In this document: positions 43,249 through 56,174 of the stretch, piece by piece | Layout of the letters: each line of letters begins with the position of its first letter | How positions within the stretch are numbered: position 1 is the stretch's first letter | NCBI RefSeq assembly: GCF_009914755.1 | Contig: NC_060934.1 | DNA length: 64,000 bases | Source: the human T2T-CHM13v2.0 reference genome, Homo sapiens | Direction: 5' to 3' (one strand) | The notes under the pieces: model-generated | The model's database searches: none | Seen by the model: only the letters and a program-made list of their open reading frames with translations | Told to the model about the DNA's origin: nothing | Position numbers and translations under genes: made by a program

Positions 43249-43561
43249 AAAAGGCTCAGGTATAAATCCAGTGGCTAAAGGCCAAGGGCCAGACAGCTTT
43301 TTCCTGCCAGCTGCTGCTGCTCAATCAGAAGCCCCACCTCCCAGAGGCAGCAAACAAGCAAAACCAAATCTCATGTTTAAGGACCAGGAGAGGAAAGCAA
43401 TAGGAAAAAAACTTTATGGTGTAAAATAAAGAGTAAAATTAAATGGGTACAGTCAACAGAGAGTCAGAGCAAACCTCTGACCTCAAACCAGCTCTGCCCC
43501 AACCGTCCTGAGCTAAGCAATTGAGAGGCAGCCTACAGCCCACACGCCAATGGGAAACACT

Positions 43562-43919
43562 TGTTGTTTCTGTTCTCACCCTGCTAATAAAGACAGACCC
43601 GAGTCTGGATAATTTATAAAGGAAAGAGGTTTAATGGACTCACAGTTCCACATGGCTGGGGAGGTCTCACAATCATGGTGGAAGACGAAGGAAGAGCAAA
43701 GAGACGTCTTACACGGCAGCGGGCAAGAGGGCATGTGGAGGGGAACTCCCCTTTAAGAACCATCAGATCTCTTGAGACTTATTCCCTATCAGGAGAACAG
43801 CACAGGAAAAACTCACCCCCATGATTCAATTATCTCCACCTGGCCCTGCCCTTGACACATGGGGATTATTACAATTCAAGGTGAGATGTGGGGGGGAGGG
43901 ACACAGCCAGACCACATCA
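43562..43919 (-). mobile_element. THE1 (B/C-like) MaLR solo LTR
   Basis: ctgctaataaagaca...gactcacagttccacatggctggggagg...cccatgattcaattatctccacc. Confidence 0.92.
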
Positions 43920-45734
43920 CTTGCCTTGCACACAGGTTTGCACATGTGTCACAAACAGCCACAGAACCACATGTACTCAAGCCACAAAGTCCCAGGCACT
44001 GCAGACTCTCTGCTCTCAGGTATTCTATGTTCTACTAGCCAGGACTCCCCGTCATCTCCCACCAATGACCTCCTGCCTCCACCTCTAGCAAAAGAGACTA
44101 TAAGATGCTGAAGAACTTTCTGAACCTAAGATGAAATGATAACTCGTAGCTGCATGAAGGGTGTTAGTTAAGTGTACAGTATGGATGCTACTGCTTAGAA
44201 GATCTAAAATATCCTAACCCCAGTGGAGAAGAAGGAGTGAGGACTGACTTTCAGCGAGTACATATAATGCAGCTGACAATACCCTGGTCAATTGGGTTCC
44301 CTGCCTCATCAAATCTTCAAAACCACCACTTTTGGGCAGGTGAAGACTCAGAGGCTCAACACAGGTAACTAAGGTTACCAAGGTTACCAAGACATTAGCA
44401 AGTAACAGAGCTGGATTTTGAATTCTGATCACTCTGGCACTAGTAACTTTTCTCCTTCCAGTCACCCCCACTGGCTATCTGGTGTGCCCAAACTTCAAGC
44501 TCCAAATCCCCCAGAGGGGCAACTGCCCAGCCGGGCTTCCCTTTGGGGCCAAGTAAACAAGAAGGGTCTGTGCATCTCCCTCTTGCTTGGGTTTTAAATG
44601 TCATCAAGAAATGAGCTGGAGCACTCTACTGACAAACACCGGGAAGGAGACAGCAAGGTGCCTGGGGTGAAGGGACATAATCAGGGGCCTGGCCCCCAGG
44701 CTCAGCAGGCCCCTGACAGCCCAGGCAGGAACCACAGGAAGAAGGACAGGTTCCAGGGATCAGAGAGAAGTAAGCTGTGTCCGTCCCTCCACTCACCCCC
44801 ACCGTTCCCAGCCAGGATGACCGGGGGCCACCCTCCTCTACCGCCCCCTCTTTTTCCCTACCTTGGCCCAAAACCAATGCCACCATTCTGGTCACAACCT
44901 TATACCTTTCCAAAGAATAAACATTTTCAAATTTGAACTGACATCAATGTATGACTTGTATATTTTAAATTCTCCAAATGGACTTTGTCTCACTTTATAA
45001 TACACAAATTATGACTTGGAGAGGTAGAAAACTAGGAAAGTGATGAACTGCATTTTCCTTCAGGCCTCTCTCCTGACCTCTCTCCCCATCAAACTACCAC
45101 CTCCTCTAAAAGCCAGCTCCATGGCAGGGCCATGAGGACACTCACAGGGGCCCCTGCCCACCAGCATCTCTACCTGTACCCAGACCAGCCTCTCCTCATG
45201 CAGCTCTCGTGCTTTGAGACAGACAACAGACATTTTTCTCAAGCGATGCTCTTCTCATGCATGTGCTACATAAAATTGCTTTGGGTATACATCAAGACTA
45301 GTCCCCATGGTCCTTTCACTGAGACCGCCACCCTGAGGCCCTCCTGCATTGACATACTGGACGTGTCTGCCAGCTCAAACCCCAACCTTCCCACCATAAC
45401 CTCAACAGAAAGTTACCTCCAGCACCCAGTTCTCCACGTACACGATGGACACACAGCCCATCCACAGCACACATCAGCTACCGCCCTACATGTTAGACAC
45501 AGTAAGGTGCTTGGGGGTCAGCACTGAGAGTTGGCTCATCCTCTTTGTTGCAGACCCTGTGTGGAGGGCCCAGCATACAAATCTCACTTGGGGACTATCT
45601 TCTGATTGAATGTAAACTTCATAAATGTAGGAACTAGGTCTCTGTTATCACTACTGTATATCTAGTACCTAGCATGGTGTGTGGCATATGCAACACTAAA
45701 GGGATATTTGGTGAATGAACAAAAGGAATAGGAG

Positions 45735-45777
45735 AGTATTAGGGTTCTCCAGAGAAACAGAATAGGATGTGTGCGTG

Positions 45778-45808
<31 letters not shown>

Positions 45809-46276
45809 GTGTGTATGTGCATAGTGTGTGTGTATGCATGGCGTGTGTGCATGGTGCAGGCCTGTCTGTGTGTGTGTGTATGTGTGTGTGTGTGGGTAGA
45901 TATAAAGCCATTTATTATAAGGAATTGACTCATGTGATTACAGAGGCTGACAAGTCCAGACCCAGGAGAGCTGATGGTATAGTCCCAGTTCAAGTCCAAA
46001 GACAGGAAAAGACTCAAGCCGATGCCTTAGCTTGAAGACAGGCAGGCAGACAGAAAGAATCCTTTCCTATTCAACATTTTATTCGATTCAGGCTCTCAAC
46101 AGATAGGATGAGGCACATCTATACATTCAGGAGGGCAATCTGCTTACTCAGTCTACCAATTCAAATGCTAATCTCATCCAGAGACAGCTTCACAAACATT
46201 CTCAGACGTAATGTTTAACTAAATATCTGGGCACCCCATGGTCCAGTCAAGTTGGCACATAAAATTAACTATCACA
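45735..46276 (-). mobile_element. MLT2 (ERVL) LTR with an internal (TG)n tract
   Basis: tattagggttctccagagaaacagaa...ggagggcaatctgcttactcagtctacc...aaaattaactatcaca. Confidence 0.88.
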
Positions 46277-46292
46277 GGGAGAAATTAAATGC

Positions 46293-46886
46293 TGCGATAG
46301 ACAGAGTTCCAAGATGGCCCCAGATTCCTACCCCCGGCATACATCCCCTGCATAGCCCTGTCCCTTGAGTGTGAGAACAGTGAATGCAATGAGTCACTCT
46401 CTTGATTAGCTTATACTACATAGTAAAAAGGATGGGATAGTCACTCCTACTATTATGTTAGTCTATTTAAGATTCATCTTAGCAGACTGGAGGGAGACTC
46501 CTTTGCTGGCCTTGAAGAAATTAGCCACCATGTTGGAAAGAGGACCTCTGCAGGGGCCACATGGCGAACACTGTGGGTGGCCTTTGGGATCTGGGACTAG
46601 CCCCCAGCTGACATCCAGCAAGAAAGCAGTGACCTCAGCCCTCCAACCACAAGGAGCTGAATTCTGCCAGTAACCACATGAGCATGGAAGAGGATGCTGA
46701 GCTCAGGAAAATAAGCCTGCTCAGCTGCTCAGCACCAGGACTGCAGCCTTGTGAGAGCCTGATCAGAGGACTTGCAAAGCTAGGTCTAGTTCCTAACCCA
46801 TGGAAAAACTGTGAGAGAACAAATGTATATTGTTTCAAGCTACCAAAGTTGTAGTCATTTGTTATGCAGTGGCAGAAAACTAATAG
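46293..46886 (+). mobile_element. MLT1F/G-like MaLR LTR
   Basis: aagatggcccc...ctgaattctgccag.aaccacatgagc...tttgttatgcagtggcagaaaactaata. Confidence 0.8.
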
Positions 46887-47789
46887 AAAGGCAAACAACA
46901 TTTTTAATGTAAAAGCATTTTGAAGAGTCATGTTTCCCAAACTTCTGCCTTTTGCAGTCTTTCTTTGCAACTTCCACTGTGTCTACCTTCTATCTGGGCA
47001 CTGCACCAGTGATTAATGAGGTCTGCATAAGACAGATACCAGAAAGCTATTTGCTTTGGCCTTGCCTTCAGCAACAACAGCACTAAAATCAGAGTGTAGG
47101 GTGCTAGCCATGTGGAGTTCTTATAAATCTAAACAAAGGAATTCTTGAATAGCTATTCAAGAGAAGAAGTGCTTATCTGTGTTGTCCCTAATGCCATAAA
47201 GTATTTCTCCCCTGGTGTGAGTCCCACATTCTGGAAGACACTGCAGTATGTAATGACACCATTGCCTTCAGTGCTTCGTGGGAGGGTCTTTAGTGGCAAC
47301 TCCCTGAGGACAAATGTGTATGGGGAGTGGCCCCTCCCAGACACACCCTATGCCTTGTTACAGCTGTCAAGGAAAGAGGCATTCCTTGTTTTCTGCAATG
47401 AATGAGTGGCAAATGAAGTCACAAATGGGGTCAGGCCACCAGCTTTCTTCTCTGCTGAGGCCCTTTGTCACTCTTGATAAAATGTTCATCACTGTAGTTC
47501 TTTGCCAGGTCACCAACTTGTCCTTCCAGCCACTCAAGAGTAAAACCAGAAGCTGTATGCCCTGCACCAATTTGTAAGTTTCCAAGGCATGAATTTAAAT
47601 CATGTACACTATAAGTCTGGCAAGGGTCTCGGTAGACATCTCTGCATTAATAACTATGTGGCTTGTGTTCTCTGTGCATTGTATGTAAAAACTCCTAGAA
47701 AAATGATTCTGAAAAGGCAGCTGATTGCTAATGCTTGTGATGGAAGTTAAAAACATGGGTGTGTGCATGGATGTTGAATGTTGAATAAA

Positions 47790-48136
47790 GGCCAGGCACA
47801 GCGGCTCATGCTTGAAATCCCAGAGCTTTGGGAGGCCAAGATGGGAGGTTCTCTTGAGCCCAGGAGTTTGCGACCAGCCTGGATAACACAGTAAGACCTT
47901 GTCTCTACTAAAAATCAAAAAGTTAGCACGGTGTGGTGGTGTGTGCCCACAGTCTCAGCCACTGGAGGGGATGTGGGAAGTGGTAATGGCAGAGGTGGGA
48001 AGGCATCAGATTGGAGGCAGGAGGATCGCTTGAGCCCAGGAGTTTGAGGCTGTAGTCAGCTATAAACACGCCACTGTGCTCCAGCCTGGGCAACAGAACA
48101 AGAACCTGTCTCTATCAAAAAAAAAAAAAAAAAAAA
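47790..48136 (+). mobile_element. AluJ with an internal non-Alu insert
   Basis: J diagnostics (cttgagcccaggagttt twice); TSD ttgaataaag. Confidence 0.93.
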
Positions 48137-48879
48137 GGAATTTTGAATAAAGAGATGGTTTTTAAGCAGAAAACAGACTTTTTAAGTCTGTTCTAAGGGA
48201 ACAGAGTGAACATCTCCAATTTTGCAACCAAACATTCATCCACTTTCCAATAACAGTGCCTGATTTCTTCCAGAAAAGAAGTTATTTCCCTGTCCTCAGT
48301 CTATGGACTTTCAGGTGAAGTTGACTCTACCATGTGCCAAGGCAAGGCAAGGCAGGTGACTAAGGTCTGAATCAAAGCATCACATTCCCCTGGGGACATG
48401 GAGCCCAAGCACAGCTATGGAAATAATGAGTCTTGCTGGGACCTTTAGGGGAACTTGCTCTTTTACTGCTGGACTCGACAATAAAGGCTGTGGCCCCAAA
48501 GCTGATGGCAGCCTTTTGCTACCACTCAGAGCTGGAACATGAAGTCAAGTCAAAGAAGATCAGAACTAAGTGATGCAAGACGGATCAAGACTTAATAACA
48601 AAATTTGAGTCCTGGATCAAGCTGTATCTGAAGCTTATGTTTCCACCTTTCACTTACTAGGCTAATACTTTCATTCCTTTTGTTAATTTTTCACTCACAA
48701 CCAAAGTGTCCCTGATTAGAACAAAAAGTCTCTTCCTTTTTTTTTTAGTAACACTTTCTTGCATTTTATGGGCTTATCATTGATTTATGACTATGGGATT
48801 AATCAAGGTCTCAGGACACGTTTCTTGAACATCAGAGTGGACTCTTTTTTCAGAGAGTTAGCCATTTACTAATTAACAC

Positions 48880-49330
48880 TTATTTGGTTAGGAATGCTTT
48901 CAGCTACAAGTAATGGATGCCCAACTGAAGGTAGCTTATACTGTTAGTCTCCCATAAGAGTTGAGCTGGAGGTTGGCCATCTGGAGGTTGGTAGGCAGCT
49001 CAACAATGCCACCAAAGACCTCGGCTCTTTTTGTCCTTCTGCTCTGCCACCGTCATGTGTTGGTGAGTCTCCCTTCTTGGTCACAAGATGACTACTGCAG
49101 CACCGGACATCGAGTCCTCACATGACAGTGTCCCACCCAAGCAGAAAGGAAGAGGGTGGGAGCAAAAGGGGCTCCTCCTCATAATGCCCTCTACCTTTTA
49201 TCAGAAGGAAAGTCATGTCCAGAATTGCTCACTTACTCCCCATCATTGGCCAGGACTGGGTTATAGGGTCCCTTATAAACCACTCACCAGCACAGAAGGA
49301 TGGACTTTCCATGGCTGGCTTAGACCAAAC
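48880..49330 (-). mobile_element. Old MLT1 (J/K-like) LTR
   Basis: ggttaggaatgctttcagctacaagtaa...gtcacaagatgactactgcagcacc...cattggccaggactggg. Confidence 0.65.
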
Positions 49331-50672
49331 TTAAGTGTTTGAAACCTTATCAAGGAAGAAGAGAGAATAGCTCTGGGAAGGCATCTCCCACAGAAGTCTT
49401 GTTAACCTACCTTCTTGGAAGCAGGACATTTATAAGAAGAAAAAGCACCAGGCAGGTGAATTCCAATTTTACCCAAGCCAAGCTCAGCGTTCTTTGCCCT
49501 TAAAATAAGATCAGAATGAGCCCGAGGGAAAGGCACCCATGTTAAAAACTATATTTGGATCCCCTAGAGCTAGAAGAGACAAGCAAAAGCTGGAAGGCTG
49601 GGCCTGGCCTATGCACAACTTTATCTGCCCCTGGCAATGAATTCTAAAAATACAGACCTCTGACAGTCATCTATTTTAAATAGCAAACTTCACATATATA
49701 ATCTCCACTTCTTCCTTGCTGCAAATTAATTTTTCATGATGAGGAAAGAATGACAGCTACATTTTGCTTTAGCAGAACAAGTAAAGGTGACATTTTGAAT
49801 CTTGGAGCTAGCATTTCCTAGCTGTGTGGCCTTGGGGAGACAGTCTTCTTCCCTGTGCCTCAGTTTTCTCATCTGTAATATGAAGATATTAATAATATTC
49901 ACCTATGTGACAGTTGGAGCCTGACACAAGTCAATTTGGTTATTTTCAATTAGTATGTCCTTTTGAGTAAATATTCGTAGTCTGCAACAATTAGTTGCAG
50001 ATGGGGCTATAGTCTCTTCCCCAAAACCTCCCTTCTAGATAGATTCCACCCCAGATATACACATTATTAACAAGCTAGCAGAAAAACACAACCTATTCTG
50101 TAAACTTGACAAACTCTTAGCTGTCCTTTCAGATGCTTCAATTGCACTTGCATGAAAAGGTCACTCACTCAAGGTCAATGTCGAAATATTCAAGCTTTGG
50201 ACACAGGCAGCAAGAACCCTCCAAAACATTAGCTAGACTGAGTCAGTTCAGAATCAAGCCTGGGGCATCATTCCAAAGGGTAGAACTATTGGGCTCCCTA
50301 TAGATTCTTCTACCTGCTCATGCAGCAGAAAGATGCCTGTATAATATCACAGGCCAACCCACACATATTAAACATATAGTTTATCAATAGAAAGAAATTT
50401 TTCCCATCTGTTATGCTATTAGCAAAAATCTCTGGTTTTGATTGTAAAAATAGTTAATGCCTTGCAGTAGCTACCTCTTAAGAGTGCCCTTTGGAATAAT
50501 CTTTCAAATATGAGCTGATCACCCCTGGGTGAGTCATTGGAGCCTCATATGAGGTAATACACATGCAATGCTTAGGACAGTCACTGGCAAGCAGTAAGAG
50601 CTTAGTGCACGTTGACTATTACTCAAAAGCCAAAAGTTAATTCCTATACATTTTCACATGAGGGCATTGTCA

Positions 50673-51067
50673 TTGCTGGCCTGTATTCCTGACCTCAGTC
50701 TCATGAATGTTAGAAGACACAAGACTCATGGGTCAGAGACCAAAGATTTCATTGCTGTCAGCACAGCAGGCAGCATGAGCTTCCTTTTTATAGTGGGCTC
50801 CAAATAAGCCTGTGTGACCTTTGAGATATTACATTTATTTTATGGGACAACATGCAAACTTACTTTCTAGCCCATGGAAAAACACTGTCATCCAAGGGTG
50901 TTCACTAGACAAACATCCTTGAAAAGGCAATCTACAACAAAGGCTACCTGTGCCTTTGCTCACAAGATGTGCAGCAACACCAGTGACCCATGGAGAACAC
51001 ATCAATTTCTTCCTGTCTCCTCTCAAGCCTAAGAGTTCAAATGGGCTCACCGTCTGGCCCTTATAAC
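50673..51067 (-). mobile_element. Old ERVL LTR (LTR41-like)
   Basis: gacacaagactcatgggtcagagaccaaaga...cacagcaggcagcatgagc; family name from memory. Confidence 0.5.
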
Positions 51068-52469
51068 AGTTTCTCTTAATGTTTGTGCTTCTCTTCCTGA
51101 AACTAGTGACCCCACACCCATCTCCTCTTCCCTTCCCACTATCTCTACCTGCATGGACCATGGTACATTCCTCATGGTCTCTCTTCCCAACCCTCCTTTC
51201 CCACACTGCCTTCTAAAAACACAGCTCTGACTGGATCCTGCCCTGGTCACAAGCTGACCATGGCTTCCCACAGCCTCCCAAATGAGGCTCTAACTCCTAC
51301 AAGTCACTGTGTTCCTTATTAAATAACAAGCGTCTTGAGTAGAGGGAAACCAGGTCTTACTTATTTCTCTAGCACTTAGTAATAAATATTCATAGATCAA
51401 ATTGTATAATGGGTTTCCTAGCTTTCCAGTCTTTAAATGTAAAAGACATAAATATCTAGTAAGCATGGGATAAGCTCAATGGAAAAAAAAAAAGAAAAAA
51501 AAAGCAAGCAGGAATAAGCCATTAAACAGCAGATTTTTCCTTGTACAGTTTTGTGTTTTGTTTTGGTGAGTAGGTATTTGCATTTTGGTTTTTTAACTAC
51601 TTGTTTTGTTCATTAGCTACAGAAACCTTTCTTCAGTCAAAGTCTAACTCGGACATCCAAAATGCAGGGCTGCTCTACAGAGGGGTCAAGGGACACTCCC
51701 TTGGCATCCCCTTCCCTGCGGCTTCTGGCAAGAGGAGAGGGACTGCTCTTCAATACTCTTAGGCCAAAGAATTGAAACCCTACACTCAAAGAAAAGGTGC
51801 CTCATTCGGGAGATGACCATCCTTACAGGAATAAGCATTGTTCGCTTGGTCTGGCAAATATGATTGTACTTTGAGAGGTGATATTTTAATTCAGGTCTGG
51901 TCTTTTCAAAAACGCTAAACACATGGAGCGTGGGTAAGGAGCTCCGAGGGAAGTAGCAGCCATTCCCTTCTAAGTAATCTTCACCAGCTACAAGAAGGAT
52001 GACCCCACGACCCCTGTTGATCCTGTTACCCAAGGTCAGCTCACATATCATTAAAAAGAGTCCGTTTCAAATAACGGGCACTTTCCCCTAAAGACCCAAT
52101 ATTCTTTTGCCATTAGTATCATGTTATTCAGAATCCTCTGGGCTTACTGGAATTTCTCTGAAGCATTTCAAATTCCTCAGGAATAATTTTAAAACATTAG
52201 AATTTCAAATAACGGCTTCAGGAGAGAGTGGCCTGTATCTGGCTCTCCTCCCCCAGCCCCAGTCTTGTGCCACCTAAAACAGCTTGGCCTGCCATCCTGA
52301 AGCCGGCTGTCAAGTCTCATCTGAGGAAGGACAACCAGATCAGCTGCTCTCGCCTCCCACTGTTCCCCACATCAAAGCCAAAGAAACAACTAGCTGGGTT
52401 GTTTAAGCAGGGCTGTGTGGACCTGGCTCTCACTAGCTCACAGGAACACACACTGTGCAGATTTCTTCC

Positions 52470-52640
52470 CAACTCTGTGTTCACTGACATCTCTTTTATA
52501 GCTTGAAGTTAGCCACAGTGGGAGTATTTACACCATGGAAATCGGCAAGCACAACAGGTCAGGATTTCTCCCACCCTACCCCACCTCCACCCCTTCCTCC
52601 ACCCCCAGAGCCTGTTGTTAGCACTTACCAGCACACCAGT
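52470..52640. mobile_element. MER63-like hAT fossil
   Basis: gtgggagtatttacaccatggaaatcggcaa...gttgttagcacttaccagcacacca. Confidence 0.7.
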
Positions 52641-53101
52641 TTATTTGATAACAACTAGCTGCAGGTTTTTTTCACCTCTGCTTCATCAACAACGATAAAT
52701 GGAAACTCAAACAGCCCATAATTTTTACCTTGTGGCAAGTACAGTAAAACTTCCATGAATTTCTACAGATTAAAAAAGCATGATCTCTCCTGTTGAGAGT
52801 TTCGGCCGCCCACCTTTTATCAAGCTCCGTCTTCTAGAACCATCTCTCATTTCATCCATTAAGGCACTTCCTAAGCCTTTTGCCCCAAAATGTGCAATAA
52901 AACAAACTGGTCTTTATTGCTGTCTCTCTCCAGGCCCCCTTGAAATTACATTTTCCGGTCTATAGCAATCTCCTTCGCCCAGAGGTAGCCTGTGAGGGGA
53001 ACACCAGGTTTGATCAAGTTTCACTCTGTTTTCATTTGCAGTCTTGCATTGACTCACATTCAAGAACTACTTTACTTTTATGTCTCTTAAAAACCTCCAA
53101 G

Positions 53102-53278
53102 TTTTTTTTTTAATTTTATTATTATTATACTTTAAGGGTACATGTGCACAACGTGCAGGTTTGTTACATATGTATACATGTGCCATGTTGATGTGCCGCA
53201 CCCATTAACTTGTCATTTAGCATTAGGTATATCTCCTAATGCTATCCCTCCCCCCTCCCCCGACCCCACAACAGTCCC
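53102..53278 (-). mobile_element. Very short L1PA (PA2/3-like) 3' end insertion
   Basis: Poly(T) plus L1 3' UTR terminus; TSD ccaagttttt at 53097 and 53277. Confidence 0.93.
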
Positions 53279-55444
53279 AAGTTTTTGTAAGGGCTTGCCT
53301 CATGCACATCAGGCTCCATTGTGTGATGAATTCCCGGCCTCTGTGACTCTGTTTTGGTATTAGGCAGGCATGCTCCTTTGTGCAAATCAAGGGCACTGAG
53401 CAAGCTTTCGTGTGTTCCTAAACTTGGAGTCTACACCTGGGGCTAAGCCAATGCAGAATGTCAGGTGTCCATTCTCACCACAAAGAAATAGAAGCACCAA
53501 GTAATTAACAAGCAGGAGGTCAGAGCTGAGTTAGCTACTAACCTGATTGTCCTTAACACTTCATTTGTGCCTAACGTAACCAGAGGCCTCAGTCCTCTCT
53601 ACTAGTGAATCCTCGAACTCTCAGCCTGTTGGGCCATTTTGATGTGACCAGTGCTTATCTAAAAGCAGAATATCTCCTTTTGCCTGCTGAAGTTCTGATG
53701 TTTAGTCTTCCCCATAGCTGTTAAGAAGCAAAGTGGTCTTTGGTTCTCTGCTGCCCCTCTCCCAAAGGCCCTCCTCTCCCGCTTTCTGCCCCCTGTGACC
53801 CCTCTCCACATGTTCCTCACTGGTGTTATCTAATCTCTACTAGGTATTAGCCCATGAAGGCGTGAGCTCATGCCTCTTAATGAGAAACTCCTGATGACCA
53901 AAAGGCCTCCACAGCCCAGGAATGGGTCTCAGCAGGTGGACTCTGGTCACTGGACAGGCAGGTGAAATGGAGAAAAAGAGGGAAATTGAGGAGCCGGGGA
54001 CTTCCCCATGCCTCAACCCATGCACCCTAAGTGAACACCTGCTCCAGCTCCATGTGTGGTCTGCCCAGCAGAAGATGTCACATGGTGAGAATTATTTAAA
54101 TCCTAGAGGGGAAGAAACAGAGTGGGCACTTAGCTCAACAGAGCCACCATTCCTTCAGGTTCAGGGGTCAGGAGGAAATCCATAGGACCATCTTCTTCAA
54201 CATTTTTCCAACTTGCAAGTTGTGGATCAGGCCAGCTATGACCTCATGTCCAACCGGTAGGCAGAAGGGCAATAGCTGGGATGCAGAGACGGTAAGGGCA
54301 GCTGGAGTGTGTGTACGTGCATGCACATGTGTATACGTGAGTGAATGTGCTTGGGCACTTAGGCAGGGAGCATGTGGCAGGCATGATCCAATAGGACCGA
54401 GCTGATGGGCAGATGAAAAGAGACAAGAAAAGGTCATTCACTCCCCCAGTGAATCACCAGAAGTTCCTCCAACTGCGTCACCAACTGAACAAGGTTAGAA
54501 ACCTCTAATACAGTGAAAGCCACAGCGAAATGATTCTAAGCCTTGCTGGAAACCAGCTTTTTAGTAAAAACTCGTGTACTCATTTGTCTCTGAACAGTAT
54601 CCAGGACCCATTCTTTCCATTCAAAGAATTTTCAAACCCATTTCCTTTTGCAAACATCATTTGAATGGATGCACCGTGTGCATCTTATGTGGTTCAGGGT
54701 CTGGAGGCAGTGCTGTGTGTGTGTGTGAAATCACAATGCTTAGCCTTTTTCTATGTTTGCGGCAACCTTTTAGGGGCATAAGTACACAAGCCAAGTCCCA
54801 GTTTGGCAGCCCTGAGAAACAGCTTAGCACCATGATGTACCCACCCAGCTCAATTTTGCACCACCAGAAAAAAATAGCTCTGTAGCTTGGCACTGAGCTT
54901 TGGGATGAAAGCAGGAATTTTCTGACCCACAGAACAACCTCAGAACCACCATGCCAAGTACTCAGCAGAGAAAGAAGATATGGAAACTCAGTTGATCATC
55001 CTCAGTTGTTAAAAAATATTAGAGTTCTGAAGGCCAAAAGAACAATCTGGGCCCTAAGTACTCATTGCTGTTGTTAGATGATTTACAGAGCTTAGATAAC
55101 ATAGAGTTTTAGTTTTTTAACAGCTCTGGCCCAGGGCTGTGGGAATCTTCTGTCCATGGTGGTTATGTCTAGAGTCACCCATGCTAGATGTGAAAGGGAT
55201 TTCAAAAACTATGTACACCACATTGGTTGTCCCCAGGAAAGAAAAGGAGGACAATTAGGAGGGCAATCAAAGGGCTCCTGGGTACGGGCATCATTCTATT
55301 TCTCGACGTGGGTGGTATTGATACCCAAAGACCCCAGACCCCAGTGTTTGCTTTGTAGAGAATCGCATGCTCTGTGCACATTCCTGTATCCATGTTATTT
55401 TTTAAAGTTTTTTTTTTTTAAGAATTGTTTAGTCCCATCCCTTC

Positions 55445-56174
55445 TGCTATGGATTGAATTGTGTCTCCCCAAAATGCATCAGTTGAAGCCCTAACGCCCA
55501 GTGTGATTGTATTTAGAGATAGGGCTTTGTTTTAGCCCATTCAGGCTCCTATAACAAAATACTTTATACTAGGTCACTTATAAACAACAGAAACTTATTT
55601 TCTCATGGTTCTGGAGGCTGGGAAGTTCAAGATCAAGGCACCAGCAGTCAGCCTCTGGAGGGCTTACTCTCTGCTTCATAGATGGCACCTGGCTGCATCC
55701 TCTCAGGGTGGAAGAGACAAACAGGATCCCTTAGGCCTCTTTTATAAGGGCACTAATCTAATTCATGAGGGCTCTGCCCTCTCTAAAGGCCCCACTTTTG
55801 AATACTATTGCATTGGGGATCTGGTTTTAACATTTGAATTTTGGTGGGACACAAACATTCGGAGCACAGCAGGCATTTAGGAGGTAATTAAGGTTAAATG
55901 AGAGCAGAGCCCTGATCCTGCAGACTTAGTGCCCTTATAAGAAGAAACGCCAGAGAGCTTTCTCTCTGGGTGTGTGCATGCTCAAAGGAAATGTTATGTG
56001 AGGGCAAAGCAGCTGTCTACAAGCCAAGAAGAGAGAGAGGAGCCTTCACCAGAAACCAAATCTTGCTGGACCTGATCTTGGACTTTTCAGCCCACAGAAC
56101 TGTGAAAAAATACATTTCTGTTGTCCAAGCCACCCAGTATGTAGTATTTTGTTACGGCAGCCCAAGCTAAGATA
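55445..56174 (+). mobile_element. MLT1A/B LTR (outer), interrupted
   Basis: tgctatggattgaattgtgtc...gatagggctt, resuming ttaggaggtaattaaggttaaatgag...gctaagata. Confidence 0.85.
55528..55871 (-). mobile_element. MLT1A-like LTR nested antisense inside the outer LTR
   Basis: tgttttagcccattcaggct...acaaacattcggagcacagca; 5 bp TSD ggctt/ggcat. Confidence 0.85.

Noticed and set aside
46729-46749. REST/NRSE-like ctcagcaccaggactgcagcc
   Set aside because: Wrong half-site spacing, mismatched right half, and inside an MLT1 LTR.
51686-52051. 121 aa minus-strand ORF in unique DNA
   Set aside because: No recognisable homology and no convincing splice or promoter context.
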